64,000 bases of DNA from an uncultured Candidatus Poseidoniales archaeon (GTDB taxonomy: Archaea > Thermoplasmatota > Poseidoniia > Poseidoniales > Poseidoniaceae), in contig CAJJAV010000026.1 of NCBI GenBank assembly GCA_905182125.1, positions 18,194-82,193 on the forward strand, written 5' to 3'. The notes under the pieces are model-generated. The model made no database searches and had not been told where the DNA came from. It was given only the letters and a program-made list of their open reading frames with translations. The position numbers and the translations under genes were made by a program. Every line of letters begins with the position of its first letter. Positions within the stretch are counted from its first letter, which is position 1. Shown in pieces: positions 50,557 to 60,003 of this stretch.

Positions 50557-52083
50557 ATGATGCTTCGTCGAACACTGACTTTTGCCATTTGCTTGGCTTT
50601 GCTTGTAGCAGCAACTCCGACCGCATCAGCGTACAAAGGCTTCCAACTTTCTCGAAACGATGTGCTCGATTTTACACTCACCGATCAGAACGGTGAAAAT
50701 TTCACATTCTCAACACTCGATAAGCAAGTCACGGTCGTCTCATTCATCTTCACCGCATGCCCTGATGTGTGCCCAGTGATCACCCAATCTTTACGCCTCG
50801 TTCAGGAAGGTCTTTCTCCTTCAGATGCAGAAAATGTAGGCTTTGTCTCCATTTCAGTGGATCCAGATCGAGATACACCTGAGGCCCTTACGGCATACAC
50901 GGAACGCCACGGTGTTGCTTGGCCCCACTTGACGGGTGACAAGGATGTGCTTGCTGATATCTATCGCAACTTTGGTGTGCTGGTCGATCAAGAAGTTATC
51001 GACGCACATATCGAATTCAACGATGACCCAACGGTCACCTACGTCGACACTTCTGGAAATTCGACAGAATTGATGTTCGCCCTAAGCGGTTGGGGCATGC
51101 ATCAGTCGATTGCATACTATGCTGGCTGGGAAATCAATGCTACTGAAAGCCAATATGGCCACTACATTACCTCCATTGAGGGCGTCGAAGCGCCTGAAGA
51201 TGGTTCATGGTATTGGAGCCTCTTGGTCCACAACGAATCCTCTATGGCATGGGAAGAATCCAGCGTCGGTATCGATTCAATCGATGCACTCGAGCACAAT
51301 CAACTCGTTTGGGCGGCTTCAAACGCCAACACTTCCCTGCTGAATGCACCTGATGAAGAACACCCAACAATGCAAATTCTCTTCCCTGACAACACCACTG
51401 CAAACTGGACCATGGATTACGTCACTGCATGGCAGCTTTCTTTGGGAGCATTTGGCGGGGCTGGAATCAATGCTTCGATTGGATTCAAAGAAGGACCTGG
51501 GTATGAGATGGAATCCATAGACGGTGTCGCTGGACCAGCGAATGACTCGTGGTCGTGGAATCTTGCCTCGTGGAACACAACAACTGGTGTGTGGGAATCT
51601 TGGCCGGAGTACATGGACAGTCTTGTGAATCCGCCCTACATCGCTTGGGCACCCAATTCAACCAACCTTTCTGATATTCCTCCACCAGGTGCGACCCTTC
51701 GTGAAGAAACAGCAGCCGGTGTGTGCAACGACTACGGTTGGGAAATGGGCTCTGGCGCAAGCAAGCACTGCATGTGCGATGAAGGCTATGAGTGGGCTGA
51801 AAACGATCGACTATCATGCGTTTCAAGCGATTCAACTGTGATTGATTACTCAGTCGGCCACTCCACCATCACATACATCCTTGATGGCATGAGCCCCATC
51901 GTTGCGTGGACCGGCGATTCGTGGCGAGCTGAAGATTTCCTTCTTGATGTGGAAATAGCCCTGGGCGGCGAACCTGGACCCGAAGGAACCGACGGCCTCC
52001 CGGGGCTCACCTTCGGTATCGCTATGTCCGCACTTGGCCTTGCAGCCGTTGCCGTCACACCTCGCCGTGAACACGATGAGTGA
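50557..52083 (+). CDS. Sco/SenC copper chaperone with large internal insertion and PGF-CTERM-like anchor
   Basis: FTLTDQNG, FTACPDVCP, SVDPDRDTPE, Y.V.HS...Y; C-terminal LPG + TM + RR. Confidence 0.85.
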   Translation: MMLRRTLTFAICLALLVAATPTASAYKGFQLSRNDVLDFTLTDQNGENFTFSTLDKQVTVVSFIFTACPDVCPVITQSLRLVQEGLSPSDAENVGFVSISVDPDRDTPEALTAYTERHGVAWPHLTGDKDVLADIYRNFGVLVDQEVIDAHIEFNDDPTVTYVDTSGNSTELMFALSGWGMHQSIAYYAGWEINATESQYGHYITSIEGVEAPEDGSWYWSLLVHNESSMAWEESSVGIDSIDALEHNQLVWAASNANTSLLNAPDEEHPTMQILFPDNTTANWTMDYVTAWQLSLGAFGGAGINASIGFKEGPGYEMESIDGVAGPANDSWSWNLASWNTTTGVWESWPEYMDSLVNPPYIAWAPNSTNLSDIPPPGATLREETAAGVCNDYGWEMGSGASKHCMCDEGYEWAENDRLSCVSSDSTVIDYSVGHSTITYILDGMSPIVAWTGDSWRAEDFLLDVEIALGGEPGPEGTDGLPGLTFGIAMSALGLAAVAVTPRREHDE

Positions 52084-52143
52084 TTTTCACAAGCCTCCTC
52101 AGCCGAAAACGGTATGATGGAGTGATGCACGGCTTGGTTTGTT

Positions 52144-52226
52144 GCAGAGATCGCATAGCCCGGTATTGCGGTGGACTTGAAATCCACTGTCTTCTAGACA
52201 CGGGGGTTCGAATCCCTCTCTCTGCG
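52144..52226 (+). tRNA. tRNA-Ser(TGA)
   Basis: GCAGAGA/TCTCTGC acceptor stem, GTGGA-CTTGAAA-TCCAC anticodon arm, long variable arm, TTCGAAT; no CCA encoded. Confidence 0.95.
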
Positions 52227-52307
52227 CTTTTTTCCCACCCGTACGGTGAATTCATTTCGCTTAAAATGAGGGAAGAGTTCTCAAACTAAAGCACCCCTTG
52301 GGCAAAT

Positions 52308-53816
52308 ATGCGCCGAGGTGCCTTCGCCGTCTCCCTCTTGGGTCTCATGCTGCTTGCGGGTTGCTTTGGCCCCTCAACCGCCTCGTGGGGCACTGGTAAC
52401 GGTGCTGTTGAAGTCGATTTTGATCGCGCTTCGACGAGTTTTACCAGCACCCTTGGCCCAGAGTCATCCAGCATGGACGATCTCCAAGCCGTTGGATGCT
52501 CGCCCGGTGAAGAAGACCTTGGAACCAACAAGACGATGCCCGTTAAATTCACAGGGTTCCTCGCTGCAAGTCAACTGTACGCTTCACACACAGACCAGGT
52601 CAAGAACATCGGTCTCAGTGTCACGACGAGCGTTGCCATCAATTCGATGTCGTTCAGTCAAGCAGCCGAGACCATCGAGGGCGAAGGCGCCCGGGTCGAC
52701 CTGAAGGATTGGAACGATCCACTTAACCCACAAACAGGGGCAGGATCCGTTGATTTGGACGAAATTGATGCCGATGAAGACACCCGTTGGTACATCCTCG
52801 CTTTGATCCCAACCACCGAACACATCCAAGATGGCATGCTTTCGCTCGGTGAATGGCATCAACCTGTCACCATTCAAGGCTACTTGGTCTCAAGCAACGC
52901 CAGCAACGCTTACGGCTACCACTCCATTCAAACGGTCAGCGATGACTGCACACTTGATGTTGGAAACCAAAACCGCGAACAGTTGTTTGTTATGGTCACC
53001 GGTATCAAACTCGATGGCGCAAGTGTGACTTCAAACGGGGAAGCAGATGATGAATGGGTGCACGGCGATGTGCCAATTCTCGGGCGCACCGGCTTTGTCA
53101 CGATGTTCTTCGTCGTCGGCCTTGGTGGGGCAGTTGGCGCGTTTATTCTCTCGAAGATGTTCGTTATGAAAGGGGCTCAGAACACCATGAAGATCCTTCT
53201 TGGTAAAGCAGGAATTGCCCAGGTCAAGAAAGTCAAGCAAGACGTCAAGAAGGCCAAAGCCACAGGCATGGTTTCTCCCAAAGAACGTCAGGCTGAACAA
53301 CGTTCAAAAGCTCGCAAAGAGATGCCTAAGACCGAGAAGAAATCAAAGGAGAGCGCACTTGCAGGTTTTGATCTCGACAGTATTTTGTCGAGCGATGATT
53401 CAGACTCGTCTCCAGTTGGTTCCTCCAGTGGTGGCTCATCTGTAGTCGTAACAGAGGCTGCAAAGGAGATGGTGGACACCGCTAGCCAACAGTCCTCTTC
53501 GGTTCCATCTGTGAGCACACCGACCACAGCCAGCAATGTTTTCGTTCCACCAACACGTTCCAGCAGCGCTCCAACAAGCGTCGTCTCGACACAACCTGAC
53601 CCTGAACCGCGGGGCCACTTCACCAGTGTTGCCCCTTCGAGGTCCTCGACGCCGGAGCCTAAGCCGGCAACCAAGAAGAAAGCGGTTCGAAAGCGCAAAG
53701 CAGCCGTTGCAGCACCTGCGACTGAAGAGCCAGTTGCTCGCGAAGAACCAGCACCAACGCCAGCAAAGAAGGCGACCTTCGAAGAAGAGGAAGACTTCTC
53801 AGATTTCTCATTCTGA
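52308..53816 (+). CDS. Hypothetical lipoprotein-like membrane protein with long disordered tail
   Basis: Lipobox LLAGC, internal TM, Ser/Pro/Lys-rich C-terminus. Confidence 0.65.
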   Translation: MRRGAFAVSLLGLMLLAGCFGPSTASWGTGNGAVEVDFDRASTSFTSTLGPESSSMDDLQAVGCSPGEEDLGTNKTMPVKFTGFLAASQLYASHTDQVKNIGLSVTTSVAINSMSFSQAAETIEGEGARVDLKDWNDPLNPQTGAGSVDLDEIDADEDTRWYILALIPTTEHIQDGMLSLGEWHQPVTIQGYLVSSNASNAYGYHSIQTVSDDCTLDVGNQNREQLFVMVTGIKLDGASVTSNGEADDEWVHGDVPILGRTGFVTMFFVVGLGGAVGAFILSKMFVMKGAQNTMKILLGKAGIAQVKKVKQDVKKAKATGMVSPKERQAEQRSKARKEMPKTEKKSKESALAGFDLDSILSSDDSDSSPVGSSSGGSSVVVTEAAKEMVDTASQQSSSVPSVSTPTTASNVFVPPTRSSSAPTSVVSTQPDPEPRGHFTSVAPSRSSTPEPKPATKKKAVRKRKAAVAAPATEEPVAREEPAPTPAKKATFEEEEDFSDFSF

Positions 53817-54872
53817 CCCGGGTACACACACTCGGACTGCTCTGGGAAGGACCTTCATCGACAGGGGTGTTGATCCAATGTTTTCCCCGTCGACGTTGAT
53901 TGCACTTGGCTCGGGCGTTTCAATCGACAGCGTGGTAAAGCGATGGTAATCCACTCGCGGATGGAACACATGGCGCCCTTCTGCTTTGAGCATGCCAAAG
54001 GCCTTGAACACATCTCGACGGGTCATCTTCTTGAGGATGCCAATGTCCATGATGCCATCATCGAGGGAAGCTCCAGGTGCTAAGGGCAGCAAAGATCCTC
54101 CAGTTTGGCTGTTCTGGATCAAAAAGAGTGTGTAATCATCTTTCATTTCCACACCATCAACGCACAATGTGGCTTGGCGTCGGTTGTTAGCCATGATGGC
54201 CATCACAATGCCAACATCGTATCGAATCGGGCCCATCCAGCGCATTTTTTCTGCCTTAAGGGTTGAGTCGACACCGAGACCCCACGTCACAAGGTTGTGG
54301 CTGTAGCGGGTTGTGGTGCCTTCAACAGCCCCCGGCAAACCGTTGCCCATCTCGACCTTCGCTAAATCGAGCGCTTGATGGCGTCCTTGCAAAATGTGGG
54401 TGACGGCCTCTTCGGTTGTACCGATCGCTAAGTCGGCGGCCATGGAATTTCCAGTGCCAGCAGGAATCAACCCAAACAATTCATCTTTTTCCGAGGTTGC
54501 TTGCATGCGTCCTGTGATCACTTCAGAGAGACTTCCATCGCCACCTACAACAGCAAAAACATCACTGGCCTTTGCTTTAATTTCGGATGCGATTTCAATC
54601 AGGTGGCCGCTGTAGGTCGAAAAGTGAATGTTCACTTCGACTCCCTGGGCTTCCAAAAGGGATTTTGCTAACTCTGCGGTTTGGCGTCCTTTTTTCTTCC
54701 CAGAATAAGGGTTCACCAGCATATGAACACGCTTTGTCGCTTTTCCTTTTTTTGATTTTTGAGTGAAGACAGGTGCATAATGAGGCTTATGCACCCCTTT
54801 CTTCATCTTTGACGATTGATCTGGTTGGAAGTCGAGGGGGGTGGGGCGCTCAGCGTTTTCATCGGAGGGCAT
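53808..54872 (-). CDS. Diacylglycerol/lipid kinase family (YegS-like)
   Basis: VNPYSG, GGDGS..E, IPAGTGN..A, DDG..D, NVDGE. Confidence 0.9.
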   Translation of the reverse strand: MPSDENAERPTPLDFQPDQSSKMKKGVHKPHYAPVFTQKSKKGKATKRVHMLVNPYSGKKKGRQTAELAKSLLEAQGVEVNIHFSTYSGHLIEIASEIKAKASDVFAVVGGDGSLSEVITGRMQATSEKDELFGLIPAGTGNSMAADLAIGTTEEAVTHILQGRHQALDLAKVEMGNGLPGAVEGTTTRYSHNLVTWGLGVDSTLKAEKMRWMGPIRYDVGIVMAIMANNRRQATLCVDGVEMKDDYTLFLIQNSQTGGSLLPLAPGASLDDGIMDIGILKKMTRRDVFKAFGMLKAEGRHVFHPRVDYHRFTTLSIETPEPSAINVDGENIGSTPLSMKVLPRAVRVCVPGSE

Positions 54873-55070
54873 GGATTGAACAGAACCAACAAGCGTTTGA
54901 AACCTTCTCCGATGAACGCCATCCGGGGTCGAATGTAAGGTGGGTAGGAATTGAGTCATGCTGCATAAATGGAATTCTAAAACCATTATAACGGCGCAGT
55001 AGCCTGTTCAACCACAAAGGGTTCGCAGAAGTATGCAAGATGTCTTGAACCCCAGCCGTGTGGACAGAGC

Positions 55071-56090
55071 ATGGCCACAGTGTGGAGTGACGAGGAACAG
55101 GGGTTCATGCAACGAGCCCTGGACGTTGCTGAACGGGGCAGGGGCCGAGTGAGCCCGAACCCGCTTGTTGGCTGTGTTCTGGTCAAAGACAGAAACGTGA
55201 TCGCTGAAGGATGGCACGACCATCTCGGAGGCCTTCACGCTGAGCAAATGGCCATTCACGACGCTGAAAAGAACGGTTTTTCCTCGAACGGAGCCACCGC
55301 GTACGTTACGCTTGAGCCTTGCAACCATTTCGGCAGAACACCTCCATGCACCGAGGCACTGATGTGGGCGGGCATCAAAGAAGTGATTGTCGCCCATTTA
55401 GATCCCAATCCAACCGTACGAGGTGCGGGAATACAGGTGCTTGAGCGAGCAGGAATCAAGGTCCGTCAAGGCCTGCTTGAGGCTGAGGCTGGAGCGCAGA
55501 TGCGGGCGTTCATGCACTGGTGTGCTCACCGCCGCCCAATGGTCACGGTCAAACTTGCAGTTGACCGCAATGGTTCGGTTGACGACCGATCTGGAGCCTC
55601 ACAACGCTTCACTTCAGAAGCATGCCTCGATGAGGTCCACCAACTTCGTATGGAATGTGACGCAGTTTTGGTTGGTGCCGAAACCGTTGTTCGAGATAAC
55701 CCTTCACTCACGGTACGCCGGATTGATGTTGAACGCCAACCATTGCGAATCATCCTCGATCCGAACGACCGGGTCCCAAGCGAGTCAACCTTGCTCAACG
55801 ATGGAGAGGAAACCCTCCACATCACCTCGACCTTCAGAGGTCTTGGGCCCCTGCTCAATCAACTGGGCGATCGCGACATACAGCGCATCCTTGTTGAAGG
55901 CGGTCCTGCAACGATTCACGCTTTCCTTGAAGACGGCCTTGTCGACGAATTCTTCTTGGTTCAAAGCGGGGTTGAACACGCCCAACCAGTGAGCGCTAAC
56001 ATCGATGAAGCCTTGCTTACAGCAATGGGATTACAACGGTTTGATGACGAACAATGGGGCGAAGAAGTCGTCCAACATTGGTCGCGCTGA
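55071..56090 (+). CDS. ribD: Bifunctional riboflavin biosynthesis deaminase/reductase
   Basis: PNPLVG, HAE, TLEPCNHFGRTPPC, DNPSLTVR, LVEGGP. Confidence 0.93.
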   Translation: MATVWSDEEQGFMQRALDVAERGRGRVSPNPLVGCVLVKDRNVIAEGWHDHLGGLHAEQMAIHDAEKNGFSSNGATAYVTLEPCNHFGRTPPCTEALMWAGIKEVIVAHLDPNPTVRGAGIQVLERAGIKVRQGLLEAEAGAQMRAFMHWCAHRRPMVTVKLAVDRNGSVDDRSGASQRFTSEACLDEVHQLRMECDAVLVGAETVVRDNPSLTVRRIDVERQPLRIILDPNDRVPSESTLLNDGEETLHITSTFRGLGPLLNQLGDRDIQRILVEGGPATIHAFLEDGLVDEFFLVQSGVEHAQPVSANIDEALLTAMGLQRFDDEQWGEEVVQHWSR

Positions 56091-56153
56091 TTCAACGATG
56101 TTCTGAATAATTTAAGTGGTACAGAACCCGCAATTTGCGGCCCTCACGAAGAG

Positions 56154-56227
56154 TGGGCGATGCAGGATTCGAACCCGCGTCGTCGGGTTCGAAGCCCGAC
56201 AGGATATCCAGGCTACCCTAATCGCCC
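56154..56227 (-). tRNA. tRNA-Arg(TCG)
   Basis: Reverse complement: GGGCGAT/ATCGCCC acceptor stem, TCGGG-CTTCGAA-CCCGA anticodon arm, TTCGAAT. Confidence 0.95.
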
Positions 56228-56282
56228 CAAACCACCCGAGTTAGCCACCCTTCTTGAATAAGGCGGGTCGTTTACAACGGAC

Positions 56283-56687
56283 ATGGGGCGCTCACTTCCG
56301 TGCATACCAACGGGGTGTTCTGCGTGTTGCAGAGAGACCACGATGCCCCTCACAAAGGCAGAAGGGGCCCTTCTTTCACGCCGGACTGGCATGGAGGTTG
56401 ACGCCTTCACATGGAAAAACAACGGCGTGCTTACTTTGCTGAACGATGAAACCACGCGTGCATGTGTGTTTCTTCTGACATCATCTTCCGACGTCAATGC
56501 TGAAGGCATGTGCTCTGTTTACGAGGTACGGCCCCGGGGTTGCAGAACCTATCCCAACGTACTCAACGATGAGGATGAAGCGATTTTGGACGAGGGCTGC
56601 CCTCATCGTGCTCAATTCCCTGAACCAACAGAAGAGGATGCAATCACGTTGCTCAATCTCGAAGAACAACTGTTGCGTGAAGTATGA
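56283..56687 (+). CDS. YkgJ-family CxxCxxCC cysteine-cluster protein
   Basis: C...CSACC, CVFL, CSVYE.RP.GCR.YP. Confidence 0.85.
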   Translation: MGRSLPCIPTGCSACCRETTMPLTKAEGALLSRRTGMEVDAFTWKNNGVLTLLNDETTRACVFLLTSSSDVNAEGMCSVYEVRPRGCRTYPNVLNDEDEAILDEGCPHRAQFPEPTEEDAITLLNLEEQLLREV

Positions 56688-57810
56688 GTCGGCCTAAACT
56701 TGCGTGCACGTGCTCAATCCATCGGCCTTGAACACTCCAGCCGGAGAGGCTGAGCGCTTGTTCGACATCAGGCCATTCACCGTGCAACAGGTTGACCATT
56801 TCCTCATCCATCAGAGGTGCGTCAGGACGTTCGCCCATTGGATGAATCGGGAGGATCAAGACCAACCCTGCGTTGCTGTCTGCGACTTCCTGAGCGCTCA
56901 TAAGCACGCTTTCAAGCAGCTTCATTGGAGCCAAAGAGCCCTGTGAATTCCGCCCATAGGGTGGGTCGAGAACGAACCCTGAAACAGGACCACAACCCTG
57001 TGGCAGTGCGGCGCTTAGGTGTGTCGAATCGCCTTGACAAACCGTGGCCAGATGATCAGTATGCCCTGCTTCATTGAGTGCCCATGCTAGGTTTTCTTGC
57101 GTGCCCTCGACCATCATCTCATCCAGATCCAGACCAACAACCCTGCGCCCAGACAGCGCTGCTTCAATCAGAAAACCACCAGTGCCGGTCATCATGTCAA
57201 GCGTGGTTCCGGTGTGAACCGGGCCCGATGCGATGTTGACTGCCAAACGAGCAAGACGTGGATCGAGGCTGACGGGTTTGAAAAACGGGCGTTCAGCAGC
57301 CCTTCGCGTTGCAATTCCGTCGGATTCATCTCCGAACCCAACCATCCATCCACAAGCAATGGTGTTCGAACTGGCGTCGATCACAACGCCAAAGCGATGG
57401 TCGGGCGCATCGAGATCAATGGCATAGCCTGCGTCGCTCAAGCGTCCACCGATGCGCTGTGCCAACTGACTTGGTCCGACGCCTTCGATTCGGCCTTCAT
57501 GACGCCAAGCGCGTACGGCCACGGTGCCGTTTTGCGGATGAGCCTGAACATGTTCAATGACTGCTGCGATGAAGGCATCCATCGAATCCGAGCCTTGATG
57601 GGTCCACAAAAGAGCGTTGCAGAGGATGGCTTGGCACCCACTGGAAACCGCCACTGCTTGGCTGAGAACGCTTTCTGTAGCATCACCATCGAGGCGCATC
57701 AGTCGTCGCCCCTCGAGTCGCTCGGTTTCGAGTTCGGGCAGCAACGAAGCAAGTTCAGCACGAGCAAGCGCAGGGTGCCACCCCCGCAAACACGCCACAT
57801 GCCTCGCCAT
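56653..57810 (-). CDS. Trm11/TrmG10-like tRNA methyltransferase
   Basis: THUMP-like N-terminus, RPFFKP.SL.PRLAR, D...GTGG.LIEA, DPPYGR, VH.SL.R. Confidence 0.85.
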   Translation of the reverse strand: MARHVACLRGWHPALARAELASLLPELETERLEGRRLMRLDGDATESVLSQAVAVSSGCQAILCNALLWTHQGSDSMDAFIAAVIEHVQAHPQNGTVAVRAWRHEGRIEGVGPSQLAQRIGGRLSDAGYAIDLDAPDHRFGVVIDASSNTIACGWMVGFGDESDGIATRRAAERPFFKPVSLDPRLARLAVNIASGPVHTGTTLDMMTGTGGFLIEAALSGRRVVGLDLDEMMVEGTQENLAWALNEAGHTDHLATVCQGDSTHLSAALPQGCGPVSGFVLDPPYGRNSQGSLAPMKLLESVLMSAQEVADSNAGLVLILPIHPMGERPDAPLMDEEMVNLLHGEWPDVEQALSLSGWSVQGRWIEHVHASLGRLILHATVVLRD

Positions 57811-57885
57811 GACTGGCGCTTGCGCCCCGACTTCTTGACGGGTTCGCATGCGAACAACCACATACCCGTACCCAATGTGAAATTC

Positions 57886-58914
57886 ATGGGCTGCAACCTT
57901 CGAGACATCACAGCACCAGAGACCATCGATCTGAACACTCTTGCTGGAAAGCGCGTCGGCGTTGACGCTTTCTTGACCGCCTTCCAGTTTCTCACCACGA
58001 TGCGCGACCGATCCCCTCAGGGTGACGGTGGACCATTACGGGCAGAAAACGGTAAAGTTGTGTCCCATCTCATGGGCTTTCTGAACCGAACCACAACCCT
58101 TCTCGCTGCCGGTATCAAACCTGTGTATGTGTTTGACGGAACCGCTCCAGAATTGAAAGCAGATGAAATCGCTCAACGGCGTGCACGGCGCGTCGAAGCC
58201 GAACGAATCCACAAAGAAGCACTTGCCGTGGGAGATTTCCCACTTGCACAGAAGATGGCCCAACGGATCATGCATTATTCTCCAGAGATGGTTGCTGAAA
58301 CCAAACACTTGCTTGATTTGCTTGGCGTACCTTGGGTTGATGCCAAGGCAGAAGGTGAAGGCCAAGCTGCTGTGATGGCTGCAAAAGGTCAACTCGATGT
58401 GGTGGCAACCCAAGACTGGGACGCCCTGCTGTACGGCACGCCGTTCCTGGTTCGCAACTTGATGAGCCATGGATCAAAGCAACACGGTCGCGTCGTTCAA
58501 GCCCAGAAGATCTTGTTGGATGAAGTGCTTGTTGCGAACGAATTGAGCCGAGAACAACTGATTGATTTGGCCATTATGATCGGTACAGATTTCCACCCGG
58601 GCATCAAAGGCATCGGTCCTAAAACCGGCATGAAGTTGATCAAAACTCACGGCACCATCGAGGCTATTTGCGAAGCTAAGGAAAAGGAAGTGCCCGAGCG
58701 TCTTGACGAAATCCGTTCAATTTTCCACGACCATCCAGCTCACGAGGTCGCCGATGCTGATCTGGAGCCTGGACAAGTCGACACCAAGGGGCTAATACAA
58801 TTTTTACAAGTTGAACGTCAATTCAGTCAACGTCGAATGGACAACGCCTTTGACAAGTTAAGGGAAGTCGGGCTCATTCGAGAAGGCGGTCAGACATCGC
58901 TGTTTTCGTTCTGA
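57886..58914 (+). CDS. fen: Flap endonuclease 1
   Basis: MG..L, VDA....QFL, YVFDG..P..K, EGE.QAA, QDWD.LLYG, GTDF.PGI.GIGPK; C-terminal PIP box QTSLFSF. Confidence 0.95.
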   Translation: MGCNLRDITAPETIDLNTLAGKRVGVDAFLTAFQFLTTMRDRSPQGDGGPLRAENGKVVSHLMGFLNRTTTLLAAGIKPVYVFDGTAPELKADEIAQRRARRVEAERIHKEALAVGDFPLAQKMAQRIMHYSPEMVAETKHLLDLLGVPWVDAKAEGEGQAAVMAAKGQLDVVATQDWDALLYGTPFLVRNLMSHGSKQHGRVVQAQKILLDEVLVANELSREQLIDLAIMIGTDFHPGIKGIGPKTGMKLIKTHGTIEAICEAKEKEVPERLDEIRSIFHDHPAHEVADADLEPGQVDTKGLIQFLQVERQFSQRRMDNAFDKLREVGLIREGGQTSLFSF

Positions 58915-59951
58915 GTGGTCATAAACCGCAATGGGCTTGCTAAGACATCAACACCCATGTGTTGCGTAACTGCTCCACGCGCCACGCTTTGAGGGTCAGC
59001 CAAGGCTTCCAATACGGTGTTCACAGGAGCGCATGGCACGCCATCGAGCAGGCGTTCTAATGCCTCGCGAGGGTGCTGTTGGATGACTTTTGCCACACAG
59101 GATTCAACACCTTCTCGGTCAAGCACGCGCCCCTTGTTCGTGGCCCACTCGGGTTGAGTTGCCGCTTCAGTGAGCGCCAGTCGTTCCACAACAGTCGCCC
59201 ATTGTGCATCCGAGCCAACACCGAGCACAAACCAACCGTCTTTCGCTTCAAACGCACGGTAAGGTACGAGGTTTGGATGTGCTGAACCCATGGCGACGGG
59301 ATTGGTTCCACTCGCCATGGCGTTGTGGGCTTGATTGACAAGTGCGGCAATGGCGCAATCCCACAGTGAAAGATCAATCCGCATCACTTCACCAGTTCGT
59401 TCTTTCTTGAACAGTGCAGCAAGGATGGCGTTGGCTGCGTTGAGCCCAGTGATGACGTCGATCCATGCGACGCCGACCTTCACCGGTGCGCCTTGCGCTT
59501 CACCAGTGATGCTCATGATGCCAGAACGGGCTTGCAGAGCCACATCATAGCCGGGTTCATCTCGTCGGGGTCCAGTGGCACCGTAGGCGGAGATCGAGCA
59601 CACGATGACATGGGCAGGCAATGGTCCAAGCAGGCGTTCAAGCGTTCCGGGCTTGAAATTTTCAACCACCACATCAGCGGTTTCGATCATCGCCCGCACC
59701 GAGGCAGCGTCCTGTTTGAGGTCGAAGTTGACAATTGTCTTGTTGCGGTTGCATGACAAAAAGTACGCAGCGATTTCTTTTCCATCGAATCCCTTGGTAA
59801 AAGGCGGCCCCCATCGGCGCGTGTCATCGCCCCACGGTGCCTCGATTTTGATCACTTCGGCACCAAGGTCAGCGAGCATTTGTGTGGCGTATGGTCCGGC
59901 GAGGATCCTCGAGACGTCGACGACTTTGACACCCTGCAATATTCCGCTCAT
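58890..59951 (-). CDS. CaiB/BaiF family III CoA-transferase
   Basis: LAGPYAT..LADLGAEVIKIE, GDDTR.WGPP, NRNK, ENFKPG, PGYD. Confidence 0.92.
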   Translation of the reverse strand: MSGILQGVKVVDVSRILAGPYATQMLADLGAEVIKIEAPWGDDTRRWGPPFTKGFDGKEIAAYFLSCNRNKTIVNFDLKQDAASVRAMIETADVVVENFKPGTLERLLGPLPAHVIVCSISAYGATGPRRDEPGYDVALQARSGIMSITGEAQGAPVKVGVAWIDVITGLNAANAILAALFKKERTGEVMRIDLSLWDCAIAALVNQAHNAMASGTNPVAMGSAHPNLVPYRAFEAKDGWFVLGVGSDAQWATVVERLALTEAATQPEWATNKGRVLDREGVESCVAKVIQQHPREALERLLDGVPCAPVNTVLEALADPQSVARGAVTQHMGVDVLASPLRFMTTQNENSDV

Positions 59952-60003
59952 GTTGGGGCCAAGTGTCCGAAAGGGTTGAACCTCACCCCCACAACCACGC
60001 CGT

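Noticed and set aside
54873..55070. FMN riboswitch upstream of ribD
   Set aside because: No RFN consensus segments visible.
52144..56227. Island bounded by the two tRNAs
   Set aside because: No duplicated tRNA 3' ends seen, no integrase, and the enclosed genes are ordinary.
57097..57885. 605-aa ORF suggesting an N-terminally extended FEN-1
   Set aside because: The extension is antisense to the Trm11-like gene, and FEN-1 homology begins at MG 57886.
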